The notes beneath the pieces were generated by a model that was not told the DNA's origin, made no database searches, and saw only the letters and a list, made by a program, of their open reading frames with translations. The position numbers were made by a program, and so were the translations under genes. Shown piece after piece: positions 29,211 through 40,552 of a stretch of DNA of 64,000 nucleotides. This DNA is from Alphaproteobacteria bacterium (GTDB taxonomy: Bacteria > Pseudomonadota > Alphaproteobacteria > JAAXGF01): NCBI GenBank assembly GCA_963555825.3, contig CAUVXB020000002.1:3328001-3392000 (forward strand), read 5' to 3'. Within the stretch, counting starts at the first letter, position 1, and every line of letters starts with the position of its first letter.

Positions 29211-31076
29211 CTACGGGATGATCAGCACCATCTTGGCGAAGATGAGATCGGGATCATCGCCGATGAGATGATGGTTCGCCTTCACTATTCTCGTCCACAG
29301 GTGGCCATTTCGATAGAAGAATACGGCGATCTTCGAGAGCGAGTCCCCTTCCTGGACGGTGTAGATGCCCCGCGCATTAGTGAGTCTCGCCACCCCGCTC
29401 TGGGCCACTTCGATCGCGAGACGGGCGCTTTCAAGCTGCTGGCGCTGAGATTCGTTGAGACGACTGACATTGGCGCTTTGCCTCAGCAGCAGATCGTACT
29501 CCTGGGTTAGATCCGCCGCCTTGGACCGGGCATGCTCAAGGTCTCCGCTCGTCAGCGCGAACTCGCGTTCGAGATCGGTCGCGGTGTCTTCCAGCTTGCT
29601 AAGCTCTTCACGAAGCCGATCACTTTCCACGGTCCTTGTCGACAGCTCTAGCCTGAGACGATCGCCATCCGACGTCGCCTGCGCGAGTGCGTGCTTGAGC
29701 TCGTCGTTGCGACGGGTCAACTCCTGATTCTGGGCTATCGCCTGATTGGTCTGGCTTAGCAATACGGCCAGCTCGTCCTCTTTCGCGCTGAGGGCATGGC
29801 GTTGTGTCTGCAGCTGGCGGCTGAGCTCGTCGCGTTCGCCGAGCACCCTCGATCGCTGCGTCTTTAGCTCGGCCACCTCGGATTCGGATCGTCGAGTCTC
29901 GGCAGTGAGCTGCTGGACGGAGCTTCGCGCACTGCCCAGGTGGTCCTCGAGCTGCGAGTTGAGAGCTTCGAGCTCCATCACTCGAGCGGTGGCCACCCCA
30001 AGCGTGGTTTCTAGCTCCTGCATCGACATTTCGGCAAACTCGAGCGAACGCGATTGTTCCGCCACCGAGGCGTTTCGAGCCGCGAGCAAGGACTGTGTTT
30101 CCGCTAGCTCGGAGCGCTGCTGTTCCAATGTCGAAAGCAGGTTCTCGACGTCCGCCACTTGTCGTCGAGCGTCGGCCCGAGCTTCCGCGAGCTCGGTCTG
30201 CAAAGCGGCTGTCGCGGCTTCGAGTGTCTGAATCTGACCGCGGGAGACTTCGAGCTCGCTCGCCAGCGACTCGACCGATGCCTTGGCGACGTCGCGCGTG
30301 CCGGTGAGCCTCGTCACCTTGGCCTCACGTTCGCGCAGCTGTGCCTCGAGCTCGGCGAAGGCAAGTCTGAGACCGTCGAGGTCACTCGACATTTGTGCAT
30401 TCGTTATGTTTTCTTGCTCGAGCTGACGCCGGAGGACCGAGTTCTTAGCCTCTAACTCGTCGCCTCGCGCCCTCGATGCGCTCAGTTCGCGGTTGAGCGC
30501 CTCGGATGCCGACTCGGCCTTGTCGAGCGCCTGTCGGGCCTGCAGCTGCGCAGCCCCGAGGGATAACAGCATCACAGCCTTCTCTTCGAGCCGCGCCGCG
30601 GTGCTTTCGAGATCAGACTCAACGGTCCGCAAATCGGTTTGCAGCCGCTCACGATCTGATTCGAGCTCGGTAATCCGGCCGCTTCGAGACTCGGCCACCT
30701 CATCGAGCTGTCGCCGGTCTTCTCCAGCACGGGCAAGCGTTTGCCGGGTCTCGGCAAGGGAAGCTTCGAGCTGTTCAATCTGTTTGCTTTTTTCCGACAG
30801 CTGCTGGCCTAGGCTATTGCTTGCGGTGGTGATGGTGGCGATCTGAGCGGCCAGACGATCGCGTTCTGCTGCTGCTTGCTCTGCACTTTGACGCGCCCGA
30901 TCCAGTTTTTCAGACGCCTCCTGCAGCTTGGCGTCGAACTGCTCTTTCGCCCTCTCGAGCGCTGCTTCCTGTACCGCCACGCCCTGGCTTAGCCGGTAAG
31001 CGTGCACAGACATGCCGATGAGCAAGGCCAGGGTCACAAGTGCTCCAGCTACGGTCCACGATCCGGATTTTTTCAT
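29211..31076 (-). CDS. Membrane-anchored long coiled-coil protein with C-terminal LysM
   Basis: Hydrophobic N-terminus, ~540 aa heptad-rich region, YTVQEGDSLSKIA...W..I..AN...DPDLI...LIIP. Confidence 0.85.
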   Translation of the reverse strand: MKKSGSWTVAGALVTLALLIGMSVHAYRLSQGVAVQEAALERAKEQFDAKLQEASEKLDRARQSAEQAAAERDRLAAQIATITTASNSLGQQLSEKSKQIEQLEASLAETRQTLARAGEDRRQLDEVAESRSGRITELESDRERLQTDLRTVESDLESTAARLEEKAVMLLSLGAAQLQARQALDKAESASEALNRELSASRARGDELEAKNSVLRRQLEQENITNAQMSSDLDGLRLAFAELEAQLREREAKVTRLTGTRDVAKASVESLASELEVSRGQIQTLEAATAALQTELAEARADARRQVADVENLLSTLEQQRSELAETQSLLAARNASVAEQSRSLEFAEMSMQELETTLGVATARVMELEALNSQLEDHLGSARSSVQQLTAETRRSESEVAELKTQRSRVLGERDELSRQLQTQRHALSAKEDELAVLLSQTNQAIAQNQELTRRNDELKHALAQATSDGDRLRLELSTRTVESDRLREELSKLEDTATDLEREFALTSGDLEHARSKAADLTQEYDLLLRQSANVSRLNESQRQQLESARLAIEVAQSGVARLTNARGIYTVQEGDSLSKIAVFFYRNGHLWTRIVKANHHLIGDDPDLIFAKMVLIIP

Positions 31077-31147
31077 TGTCGAGGTCCTCGTATGTCACGC
31101 TGCGGCTATTGGACCACACGAGATCAATTCACGTAAATTGCAAAGTT

Positions 31148-32178
31148 TGCCGGCTCTTGCCGAATCTCACGAAAGTAGCCACCCAATATCAGGCAAAGTA
31201 GCCACCGATTCTCACCAAAGTAGCCACCCCTTCGGGGCGGCCGATTTTGGTTCGACTCAGTGTGCCGTCCTACGTCTCGGATTTTCGCGAAGTGTCCGAG
31301 GGGGATGCGATGGCACGGGGAAGGTTGGCGATGAGAAAGGTGAAGAAGATTCTTGCGTTTCATTTCGACGAGGGCCGCAGCGCCCGCGCCATCGCGACCC
31401 ACTGCGGTCTTGCACGGCGCTCGGTGGCGCAGACCCTGGAGCGGTTCGCCGCCTCCGGGCTGAGCTGGCTGGAGGCCCGCGACCTGGACGAGGAGGTCCT
31501 GGAGGCGGCGCTCTATCGGATATCCCGGGCTTCGGATTGGCCGGAGGTGGACTGGGCGAAGGTCGAGAAAGACCTGTCCGGCCGTGGCATGACGCTGATG
31601 CTGCTGTGGGAGGAATGGCGCGAGACGCATCCCGACGGGATGAGCTATCCGACCTGGTGCCGCCGGTTCCGGGAATGGCGGCCGCGCCGGGACGTGACGA
31701 TGCGCCAGAACCGCCGCCCCGGCGAGCGTCTGTTCGTCGATTACGCCGGCATGACGGCTCCACTCCTGGTCGAGGGGGTCGAGCACGAGGCGCAGGTGTT
31801 CGTGGCCTCGATGGGGGTGTCGGGGCGGCTCTACGCCGAGGCGACGCTGACCCAGAAGATTGAGGACTGGTGCGCCTCGCACGTGCGCTGCTTCGAGGAC
31901 ATGGGCTGGGCGCCGCGGCTGGTGGTTCCGGACAACATCAAGCCGGCGGTGACACAGCCGTCGCGCTACGAGCCGGTCCTGAACGAGACCTATGCCGATC
32001 TGCTCGAACATTACGGCGTCCAGGGCCTGCCGGCGCGGGTCCGGCGCCCGCGCGACAAGGGACTCGTCGAACAAGGAGTGCTTCACGTTGAGCGTAGGGT
32101 CCTGGCGCCGCTGCGCAACCATGTCTTCCATGATTTGGCGTCGCTGAACCGCGCGACCGCCGCCCGGGTCCGGAAGAT
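31148..32178 (+). mobile_element. istA: Second IS21 type, left part; istA from 31310 truncated
   Basis: TG end with three AAAGTAGCCACC repeats; PGERLFVDYAG, VPDNIK and PRDKGLVE motifs. Confidence 0.88.
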
Positions 32179-32251
32179 GAGCTATAGCTGAATCTTGACG
32201 GGGCGGTAAAAAGTCGATTCCTCATGAGAGTCGGCTGGATTATAATTGTGC

Positions 32252-35200
32252 ATGTTTACTTTACGCGACCGACGGACTGGGGAATTGTTTGATCGCTGGT
32301 CCGATTTCGGGGACAAACGTCGGCGCCTGATGGAGCAATCCTGGGCCGGGGTTTTTCGGAACCATCTGCTTGTCGAACTTCCGGTTGACGATCTTTGCCG
32401 TCACCTTGATGAACGCATGGGCCGACCATCGAAGGATCTACACGTTGTCATCGGGGTCTTGCTTTTGCAGCAGCTGCACGATCTGAGCGATGCAGAGACC
32501 GTCGAGGCCCTGGCCTTCAATATGGCGTGGCACTATGCCTTGGACGTGCGCAGCGAAGCGGACAGCTATTTCTGTGAGAAAACCCTGCGCAACTATCGCC
32601 GTCTGTTTATCGAACAAGGTCTCGATGAATTGCTGTTCCGGTGTTTGACGGATCGGCTGGTGCAGGGGTTCTCTGTCGATACCAGCCACCAACGCATGGA
32701 TTCGACGGCCCTTCGTTCGGCAATGCGGGCGCTGACACGACTTGGTATCGTTGTTGAGAGCATCTCGAAGTTTGCCCGTGAGCTTGAGCGATATCATCCC
32801 GGTCTGCACGAGCAGATCAGCAAGGAGGTGATCCGCCGCTATGTCGATCGCGAGGGTAATGGCGCGTTCGCGAATACGGCGCCGAGTGTTTCAAAACGGC
32901 GCCTCGGCGAAGCGGGTCAGTATCTCCTAGCCCTGAGTCGGACCCGATTTCCTTGGACACAGAATTGGCTTAATCGAAGTGTCCAAGGAGGACCGGAACA
33001 TGACCGACAATTTTGAGAACAAAGTTGCTGTTGATGGGCCTGTGGTAAACGAGGGCGAGCTTGGCTCGTCCACGTTTTCCCCGGGCCAGGTTTCGCCGGC
33101 AGGCCCGCTGGGACTTGGCCAGCGGTGGACGGTGACGCGCAAGCGTGAGGTTGCCCTGCGGCTTTTGCGTGGCGAGCCGGTGGAACTTTTGTCGCGGCAG
33201 TTGGGCGTGGAGATTTTCCGGCTCGAGCAGTGGCGTGAGAAGGCGATCGCCGGGATCGATGCCTCGCTCAAGGAACGCAAGGGCGATCCGGTGAAGGCGG
33301 AACTGGACATCGCCATGAAGCGGATCGGGGAGTTGATCATGCAGGTGGAACTGCTGGAGGCCAAGACGGAGACGTCCGGCCCTTTGGGGCGGCGGAGGTC
33401 GCGACGATGAGTGCCGCCACCTCTCCCGGCACGGGTTTGGCCTACGGCCTCCAGCGGGTCTGTGCGGCCTGGGGTTTTGCCCGTTCCTCGTTCTACGCCA
33501 TGAAATCCCGGCAGCAGGCCACCGCTGAGCGCCCACCAGCAAAGCGCCGGGGACCGAAGCCCTCGATCTCGGACGAGGCTCTGCTGGTGGCCATCGAGGC
33601 CGACCTGGAGGCATCCCCCTGGGAGGGCGAGGGGCACCGCAAGGTCTGGGCTCGGCTTCGGGTCTGTCGTGGCATCCGTGTTTCCCGCAAGCGGGTGCTC
33701 CGGGTGATGCGCGAGAACAACCTGCTCTCGCCCCATCGCTGCCGCCGCCGTGGCGGAAATCCCCATGTCGGTGAGATCATCACCCATGCCCCCAACCTCA
33801 TGTGGGGCACGGACGGCGTTCGGGTGTTCACGGTGGACGACGGCTGGGGCTGGATATTCACCGCCATCGAGCATTGGAACGCCGAGTGCGTCGGCTGGCA
33901 TGTGTGCAAGCGAGGCGACCGCTTCGCCGCCCTTCAGCCGATCTCCATGGGGCTTGCGAGGCTGTATGCCTCGACCTCCGCCGGTGCGGCGCGGGGGCTG
34001 GCCTTGCGGATGGATCACGGCTCCCAGTATCTGTCGGACCACTTCACCAACCAGATCAAGTTCTGGGGCATCCAGCCGTCCTACGCCTTCGTCGAACAGC
34101 CCCAGACCAACGGCGTCGCCGAGAGGTTCAATCGCACGCTCAAGGAACAGATCATCCATGGCCGCATCTACCGCAACATCGCGGAGCTGCGGAACGCCGT
34201 CCGCGGGTTCGTCGAACAGTACAATGCCCAGTGGATCGTGGAGAAGAACGGCTACCTGAGCCCCGCTCAAGCTCGTCAGGCGTGGCACACCGCGATGTCA
34301 CTCAGGCCCGCCGCATGAGACAAACTTGTGTCCAAGGAACCGGGTGCGATACAGTATCTCCTAGCCCTGGTGCTGCAATTCCGTGACACGGCGGCGGCAA
34401 AGCTTTTCAGTTTTGCGATCCTGGAGAGGGTTCTGCGCGATCAGTTCGAGATCGTTGATGATGAGTATGGCGATCGTGACGCAACGCGCGCCGCGATTCG
34501 AGATCCAAAGGATGTGCCGTGCGATACCGTCGGCAATCCGGCCGACCCGGACGCGAGCTACAACGCGCACAAGGGTCAAGGATACATGGCGCAGATCGTC
34601 GAAACCTATTGTGAAGATGACAGTAACGAGGCGGTTGCCGCGACACCGGACCTCATCACCCACGTGGAGGTCCACAAGATGACGGTGCATGACGGCCATC
34701 GCTTGGCCGATGCGCTGGATGATCTGAGCGAGCGCGCGCTGACGCCGGCGGTGATGCTGGGTGATTCACATTACGGTTCCAGTGACAACATGGCTCTGAC
34801 GCGCGAACAGAACATCAATCTCGTGGCGCCCGCACGACCGCCGAAAGGCGCCGTCTCGGGACGGTTGACGTTGGAGGATTTCACTCTCAACGAAGAAGGC
34901 TTGGTCTTGCGCTGTCCCAATAACGTCGAACCGGTTTCAGCCTCGCTCGCCAAAGCCAAGCTGCAGGCCCGTTTCGACCTCTCCATCTGCCAAAAATGTC
35001 CCGATATACTGCGATGTCCCGTGCAGGCGGCCAAGCGTGACGGCCAATTTTCCCGCTTTCAATATACCCCGGCCAGGGCTGCCAACCAAAAGCGCCGGCT
35101 TTATGAACAAAGCGATGCCTTCCGCAACGTCTACAGATGGCGGGCCGGCATAGAAGCGACCATGTCGCGATTAAAGTACCAGATGAACCTGGCTCACCTA

Positions 35201-35290
35201 CGCATTCGCGGCATGCCGGCCATGCGCTACGTGGTCAATCTGCGTGCCCTCGGCCTCAATATCCGACGCTGCGCGGCAATCGCACCATAA
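32252..35290 (+). pseudogene. IS1182-like transposase, 534 aa when rebuilt
   Basis: GRPS, DLSDAE, QRMDST, DPDASY..HKGQGY, GDSHYGS, CQKCP and YRWRAGIEATMS; 32252-32933 plus 34368-35290 are in frame. Confidence 0.85.
32934..34353 (+). mobile_element. IS3/IS481-like element, copy A (orfA 33000-33410, orfB 33407-34318)
   Basis: TG...CA ends, 1420 bp, WGTD/DHGSQY/NGVAERF; 14-bp TSD GTATCTCCTAGCCC. Confidence 0.92.
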
Positions 35291-35504
35291 AAAACGAAGC
35301 CAAGGAGAAGCCAAGGGTAGGTAATATCAGGTTTTATCCACCAGCAACGCGGAGACAGGCAAATATTCTTCACCGAACCGCAAAGACCTGTACAAGCACG
35401 CCATCGGCCAACAACTTTTTACCGCCCCGTCAACTTTTGACAATAGCTCCGCAGTCGAGCTGTCCACTTATCCGCAGAGCGCCGGCCGGTCGCGTCGAAG
35501 CGGA

Positions 35505-36680
35505 TCACGCGGCCCGCCTTTCGCTGCTTTCGATCGGCGTGCCGTCTTTCTTGTAGCGGGCCAGGCAGCGCTGGCCATGGAAGACGGCAAGGTCGCCGTC
35601 GGGATATTCGTGCACACTCACTTTGGCCTTGACGTAGTGGTGGCGATGGCGGCCTGCCGGGATCTGCAGGCTCAAGTTCTTGTAGCGCACCGTGTTGTCA
35701 TTGCCGACCACACGGTCCTCCTGCACACAGAGGATGTCCGCCAGGTTGCCGGCGAACGGCACGAAGGCGGAGCCTGTGTCCTCGGCCGGCCGGGCGAAGC
35801 GGGCATTGTGGGCCGGCAGGAAGTCCTCTTTCAGGAACCGGTTGGCGGCCGCCATATCGGTGATGCCGGCGAGCTCGAGTTCCTGCGGCAGGCGTTTCTG
35901 CAGGGTGCCGAACATGCGCTCCGAGCGGCCCCGGGCCTCCGGCGAATAGGCCGGGATCAGCTCAATACCGAGTTGCTGCAGGGCACGTCCGACCTGGGTT
36001 GGATTGTCCTTGTCGACCTTGCCGCCGGCCTCCGGCGTGTGCCAATAGTGCGAGGCCCGGTCTGCATAAAGCGAGCAGAACAGCCCCATGGCCGACCCCA
36101 CCTCCAGCAGCGCCACAAAGCTCGACATGGTGCCCTCCTCGGCGACGAAGAAGGCGGAATAGATCTCCGAAGTGGCATCGTCCATGGTCACGATCAGGTC
36201 CCAGTACTGACCCGGCACCCATTGGTGCGCGGAGCCGTCCTGGTGCAACATCATGCCGACCATCGGCCGGCGCGGCCGCTTGCGGCGGTGCACGCCGCGC
36301 CGCGGCGCCGGCGCGATCCGGCCGTGCGCCTGGAGCGTCAGCCGCACCCAGTTGTAACTGCGCGTGACGTCGTGCTTTGCAACCAGCTTCTCCCAGAAGT
36401 GCCAGGCGGTGAAATGCCGGTACCTGGTATCGAACAGATCCAACAGTGCCACCACCTCGTCGACCCCGGCGCGGCGCGCGGAAACCCGACCCAGGCGGCG
36501 GTCGTAAAGACCCTCCGCGCCCTCGGCCTCAAAGCGATCGCGCCAGCGTCGGAACGTGCGCTCGGACATGCCCAGGATCTCGGCTGCCTCCAGCTGGCTC
36601 AACTCACCCCTGTAGGTGCGTCCGTAAACCTCATCGAACTTCATCAATCTCAACCCCTGTAACTGCTCTGTCCGGCGCAT
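35505..36680 (-). CDS. IS1202/ISNCY-type transposase
   Basis: HQDGS.HQW, TMDDATS, LYADRASHY and SPEARGRSERMF; IRL TGTCGATAACACG at 36762; right end cut at ~35450. Confidence 0.85.
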   Translation of the reverse strand: MRRTEQLQGLRLMKFDEVYGRTYRGELSQLEAAEILGMSERTFRRWRDRFEAEGAEGLYDRRLGRVSARRAGVDEVVALLDLFDTRYRHFTAWHFWEKLVAKHDVTRSYNWVRLTLQAHGRIAPAPRRGVHRRKRPRRPMVGMMLHQDGSAHQWVPGQYWDLIVTMDDATSEIYSAFFVAEEGTMSSFVALLEVGSAMGLFCSLYADRASHYWHTPEAGGKVDKDNPTQVGRALQQLGIELIPAYSPEARGRSERMFGTLQKRLPQELELAGITDMAAANRFLKEDFLPAHNARFARPAEDTGSAFVPFAGNLADILCVQEDRVVGNDNTVRYKNLSLQIPAGRHRHHYVKAKVSVHEYPDGDLAVFHGQRCLARYKKDGTPIESSERRAA

Positions 36681-36861
36681 CAGCTTCGCCACTTTCTGGA
36701 GGAGTTCTAATGCCGGACAGATCATTTGTTACATTGACCGGCCATATCACGTGTTATCGACAGGAGCCACATCCGGATTCGCGGTGGGACGCCCATAGTG
36801 CTACCATCGTCGGCAACTGGGGAAGTTATCAGCGGAATCCCAGTCAAACTAGGAGGAGGAC

Positions 36862-38422
36862 ATGGTTCACAGACGATACGCACTTCGATCAATCGTCATG
36901 GCGTCGGCCTTTGCCATGGCCGGCATTGGGCTTCAACAAATCACACCGGCTTGGGCGGGGGGCGATAGCGACATCATCGTGGCCGTCACCAAGCTCACGA
37001 CGCACCTCGATCCGATGGGATCGAATTCGAACGTGAATGAACGCGTTTCGAACAACCTCGTCGAGACACTGCTCGAGTATGACGACGACCGGTAAATTGA
37101 AGCCGGGCCTGGCCGAAACCTGGAGCGTTAACGACGACGGCTCGTTGATCGTGAACATCCGCAAAGGGGTGAAATGCCACAATGGCGAGGACTTCAATGC
37201 CGAAGACATCGAGTACATGCTCGGCGCGGCGCGCTACAATGCGGAAGACGCGCCCGGACACGGAAACGCTGTTCAGTATATGGGCTCGATCAAAGAGGTA
37301 AAGGCGGTCAGCAGCCATACCGCTCACATCATCCCGCATGAACCGGACCCGCTCCTCGCACTGCGTTTCGCGAACTGGATGGGCCAAGTCCCTTGCGCAG
37401 ACGCGTACAAGGCCTCGGAGAGTTGGGAACAATGGGGACAGACCGTGGTCGGCACGGGCCCCTACAAGCTCGTCGGGTTCACGGCGGACGAGTTTCAAAA
37501 GTTTGAACGCTTCGATGGTTACTGGGGCGAAAAGGCGCCGCTCAAGTCCTTCACCTTGAGGGTCGTTCCGGAATTGGCGGCACGCGTGGCCGGTCTCTTC
37601 ACCGGTGAATACGACATCATCACCGAGATCGGGCCGGATCAGTTCAAGACGATCGCCGACAATGCCGGGACCGGAATCGCCGGCGGTCCGATCAACAATA
37701 TCCGGATCATCCCCTATGACACGCGCCACCCGGCACTCAGTGATCCGCGCGTTCGCCAAGCCATGAACATGGCGATAGACCGGCAGTTGATCGTCGATAC
37801 GCTTTATAGCGGACGTACGGTGGTTCCGAACGGCATGCAAATGAAGAGCTTCGGGACGATGTACATCGCCGATCATGCCGGCGGCAAATTCGATCCGGAC
37901 GGGGCCAGGGCGCTCTTGAAAGAGGCCGGCTACAATGGCGAGGAGATCTCGTACCGCTACCTCCAGGATTACTACACCAACGAGGTTTCTACCGCCCAGG
38001 TCCTGGCGGCGATGTGGAAGGACGTCGGTCTCAACGTCAAGATCGAGCTGATGGAGAATTGGTCTCAGATCGAGGATGCGACCGCCGACGAAGGACGCGG
38101 CGTCATCAACTGGTCGAGCACCGCCGTTTATCCGGATCCGATCGGCCAGCTGCTTCGGATGTTTGGACCGAACGGGTTTTTCCAGCGCAACGATTTTTGG
38201 AAGAACGCGAGGTTCAACGAGCTGGGTGACGTGCTCATGACCGCAAATCAAGATGCGCGGCACGACGCCATGGCGGAGATGCTGGAAATATTCGAAAAAG
38301 ATCCTCCGGCGACCTATCTGCATGTCTTGCCGATGTATTACGGCAAGCAGGATGCTGTCAGCTGGGAACCGTACGGCACCGCGTTCATGGATTTTCGCGC
38401 GGGCTCTATCAGTATAGACTAG
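36862..38422 (+). pseudogene. ABC family-5 substrate-binding protein (AccA-like), frameshifted near 37085
   Basis: AGGAGG RBS, signal peptide, stop at 37095, second frame continues KPGLAETW, GTGPYK and RVAGLFTGEYDI. Confidence 0.8.
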
Positions 38423-38546
38423 GAGTCGCAGCACCTTAGGCAAGGCGTGGAGGCGGGACCAAAACCGCCTTCACTGCCTTACCGTCACGAGGCGCCGGAA
38501 GGCAGGCGCCTCGGCGGTTGAGGTCTGGGCAGCACACGGCGGACAG

Positions 38547-39539
38547 ATGCTACGGATCCACGACTTGACGGTTTCGTTCGGAATTCCGCCGACGCTCTTG
38601 CACGTCGTCCATGGCGTCGATCTGGAGGTTGGCGATGGCGAGATTCTCGGACTGGTCGGAGAGAGTGGCAGCGGCAAGAGCCTGACCTGCCTTTCGATCA
38701 TGCAGCTCCTCGGCCCCAACGCCGTGTTGGAGGGCCGCATAGAATTCAACGACCAGGATATGCTTCAACTCGACGAAGCAGGGATCACGCGGATACGCGG
38801 GCGCGAGATCGCAATGATCTTCCAGGACGCCATGGGCTCGCTCAATCCAGTGCAAACCATCGGAAAACAACTCCGCGAGGCGTTGCGGTTGGACGCTGCG
38901 CCCGCTGACGACGCCGCCTCGAACGACGAACGATCGAAGAGCGAATCGATCCGGCTTCTCGGCGAGGTCGGCATCCCCGAACCGGCCGAGCGGCTGCGCG
39001 AGTATCCGCACCAGCTCTCGGGCGGGATGAATCAACGTGCCCTGATCGCCATGATGCTCGCGCGCAATCCGAGCCTGTTGATCGCCGACGAGCCGACGAC
39101 GGCGCTCGATGTGACGATTCAAGCGCAGATCCTTCGTTTGCTCGGGGATCTGAGAGATCACCGCGGCATGTCGATTATTCTGGTCACTCACGATCTCGGC
39201 GTCGTGGCCGAGACCTGCGATCGCGTTGCGGTGATGTATTGCGGCCGCGTCGTCGAAACCGGAACCGTCGATGAGGTGTTCAAGGCACCGCGTCATCCCT
39301 ACACCCTGGGGCTTTTGAATTCGAGGCCACGGATAGATCGGGAGGTGAAAGCGCTGCAGCCGATCGAAGGCGTGGTGCCCTCGCCTTTCGCGATGCCCCC
39401 GGGCTGCGCGTTCCAGCCACGGTGCCCCCGGGCGACAGAGGCTTGCGGCCGCGAACAACCGAGCTTCGAGCGCGATACGATGGGGCATGGATTTATGTGC
39501 TTTCATCCCGCGACGAACAGCGCCGAGCGGTCCGGGTGA
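38547..39539 (+). CDS. ABC transporter ATP-binding protein (DppD-like)
   Basis: GESGSGKS, LSGGMNQR, DEPT and HPYT. Confidence 0.93.
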   Translation: MLRIHDLTVSFGIPPTLLHVVHGVDLEVGDGEILGLVGESGSGKSLTCLSIMQLLGPNAVLEGRIEFNDQDMLQLDEAGITRIRGREIAMIFQDAMGSLNPVQTIGKQLREALRLDAAPADDAASNDERSKSESIRLLGEVGIPEPAERLREYPHQLSGGMNQRALIAMMLARNPSLLIADEPTTALDVTIQAQILRLLGDLRDHRGMSIILVTHDLGVVAETCDRVAVMYCGRVVETGTVDEVFKAPRHPYTLGLLNSRPRIDREVKALQPIEGVVPSPFAMPPGCAFQPRCPRATEACGREQPSFERDTMGHGFMCFHPATNSAERSG

Positions 39540-40552
39540 CGAGCGTGACGGCCTCTTACATCGCCGATCCGAACGACATGCCGGTCCTCCAGGTCGAGAA
39601 CCTCACGCGTCATTTTAGTGCCGGCCGGCGCAGCCTTTTCGGCGAACGGCAAACCGTGAAGGCCGTGGACGGCATATCCTTCGAGGTGAAGCGGGGCGAA
39701 GTGTTCGGCATCGTGGGGGAGAGCGGATGCGGTAAGTCCACGGCATCCAAGGCCATCCTCAACATTCATCCTCCGCAAGCGGGCCACGTCAGGCTCAACG
39801 GCATCGACCTGACGGCGCTCTCCGAACGAGAATGGCGCGAGATGCGCCAGAGGATTCAGTATGTGTTCCAGGATCCTCTTGGCGCGCTCGATCCGCGTAT
39901 CAAGGTGATCGATCAGGTGATCGAGCCGCTGAAGATTCATCGCATGGGCACGCCATTGGAATGCAAGGAAACGGCCTTCAGGCTGCTTCATTCGGTCGGG
40001 CTGCTCGACGAGCAGCTGGCGAAGTACCCCCATGAGCTCAGCGGCGGCCAGCGCCAGCGTGTCGTGCTCGCCCGCGCGCTCATTCTCGAACCGGAGCTGT
40101 TGATCTGCGACGAACCGATCTCCGCGCTCGACGTCTCGATCCAGGCGCAGGTGGTCACCCTGCTGCAACGCCTGCGCGCCGAGCTTGGCCTAACGATTCT
40201 TTTTATCAGTCACGATCTCAGCATCGTGCGTTACCTCTGTGATCGTGTCGCGGTGATGTATCTCGGGCAGATCGTCGAGATGGCGTCCGTCACGGAGCTC
40301 TTCGAATCCCCCAAACACCCGTATACCCGGGCGCTGATCTCGGCGATCCCGATTCCGGAACCGGGGATGGAGCGTGAGCACATCTTCCTGGAGGGCGAAC
40401 CTCCGAGCCCGATCGATCCGCCGCCGGCCTGCCGGTTTCACGTGCGGTGTCCTTTCAGCGCTCCGTTGTGCGGCCAACGGGCGCCGGAAATGATCACCTA
40501 CCCCGGCGGTCGCATGGTCGCGTGTCACCTGGTCAGCGGGGAGATCGGCTGA
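39536..40552 (+). CDS. ABC transporter ATP-binding protein (DppF-like)
   Basis: GESGCGKS, LSGGQRQR, DEP and C-terminal Cys cluster; GTGA overlap with the previous gene. Confidence 0.92.
   Translation: MTSVTASYIADPNDMPVLQVENLTRHFSAGRRSLFGERQTVKAVDGISFEVKRGEVFGIVGESGCGKSTASKAILNIHPPQAGHVRLNGIDLTALSEREWREMRQRIQYVFQDPLGALDPRIKVIDQVIEPLKIHRMGTPLECKETAFRLLHSVGLLDEQLAKYPHELSGGQRQRVVLARALILEPELLICDEPISALDVSIQAQVVTLLQRLRAELGLTILFISHDLSIVRYLCDRVAVMYLGQIVEMASVTELFESPKHPYTRALISAIPIPEPGMEREHIFLEGEPPSPIDPPPACRFHVRCPFSAPLCGQRAPEMITYPGGRMVACHLVSGEIG

Larger units (their letters stand above)
32196..35432 (+). mobile_element. IS1182/IS5-like element containing a nested IS3-like element
   Basis: Perfect IRs TGACGGGGCGGTAAAAAGT/ACTTTTTACCGCCCCGTCA. 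Confidence 0.85.

Noticed and set aside
31172-31228. Three AAAGTAGCCACC repeats as CRISPR or iterons
   Set aside because: Typical subterminal repeats of an IS21 end; spacers are only 10-11 nt; no cas or rep gene.
35450-36800. IS1202 insertion next to a XerC/D (dif-like) site
   Set aside because: No dif-like sequence recognised beside the IRL, and the right end is deleted, so it cannot be assessed.
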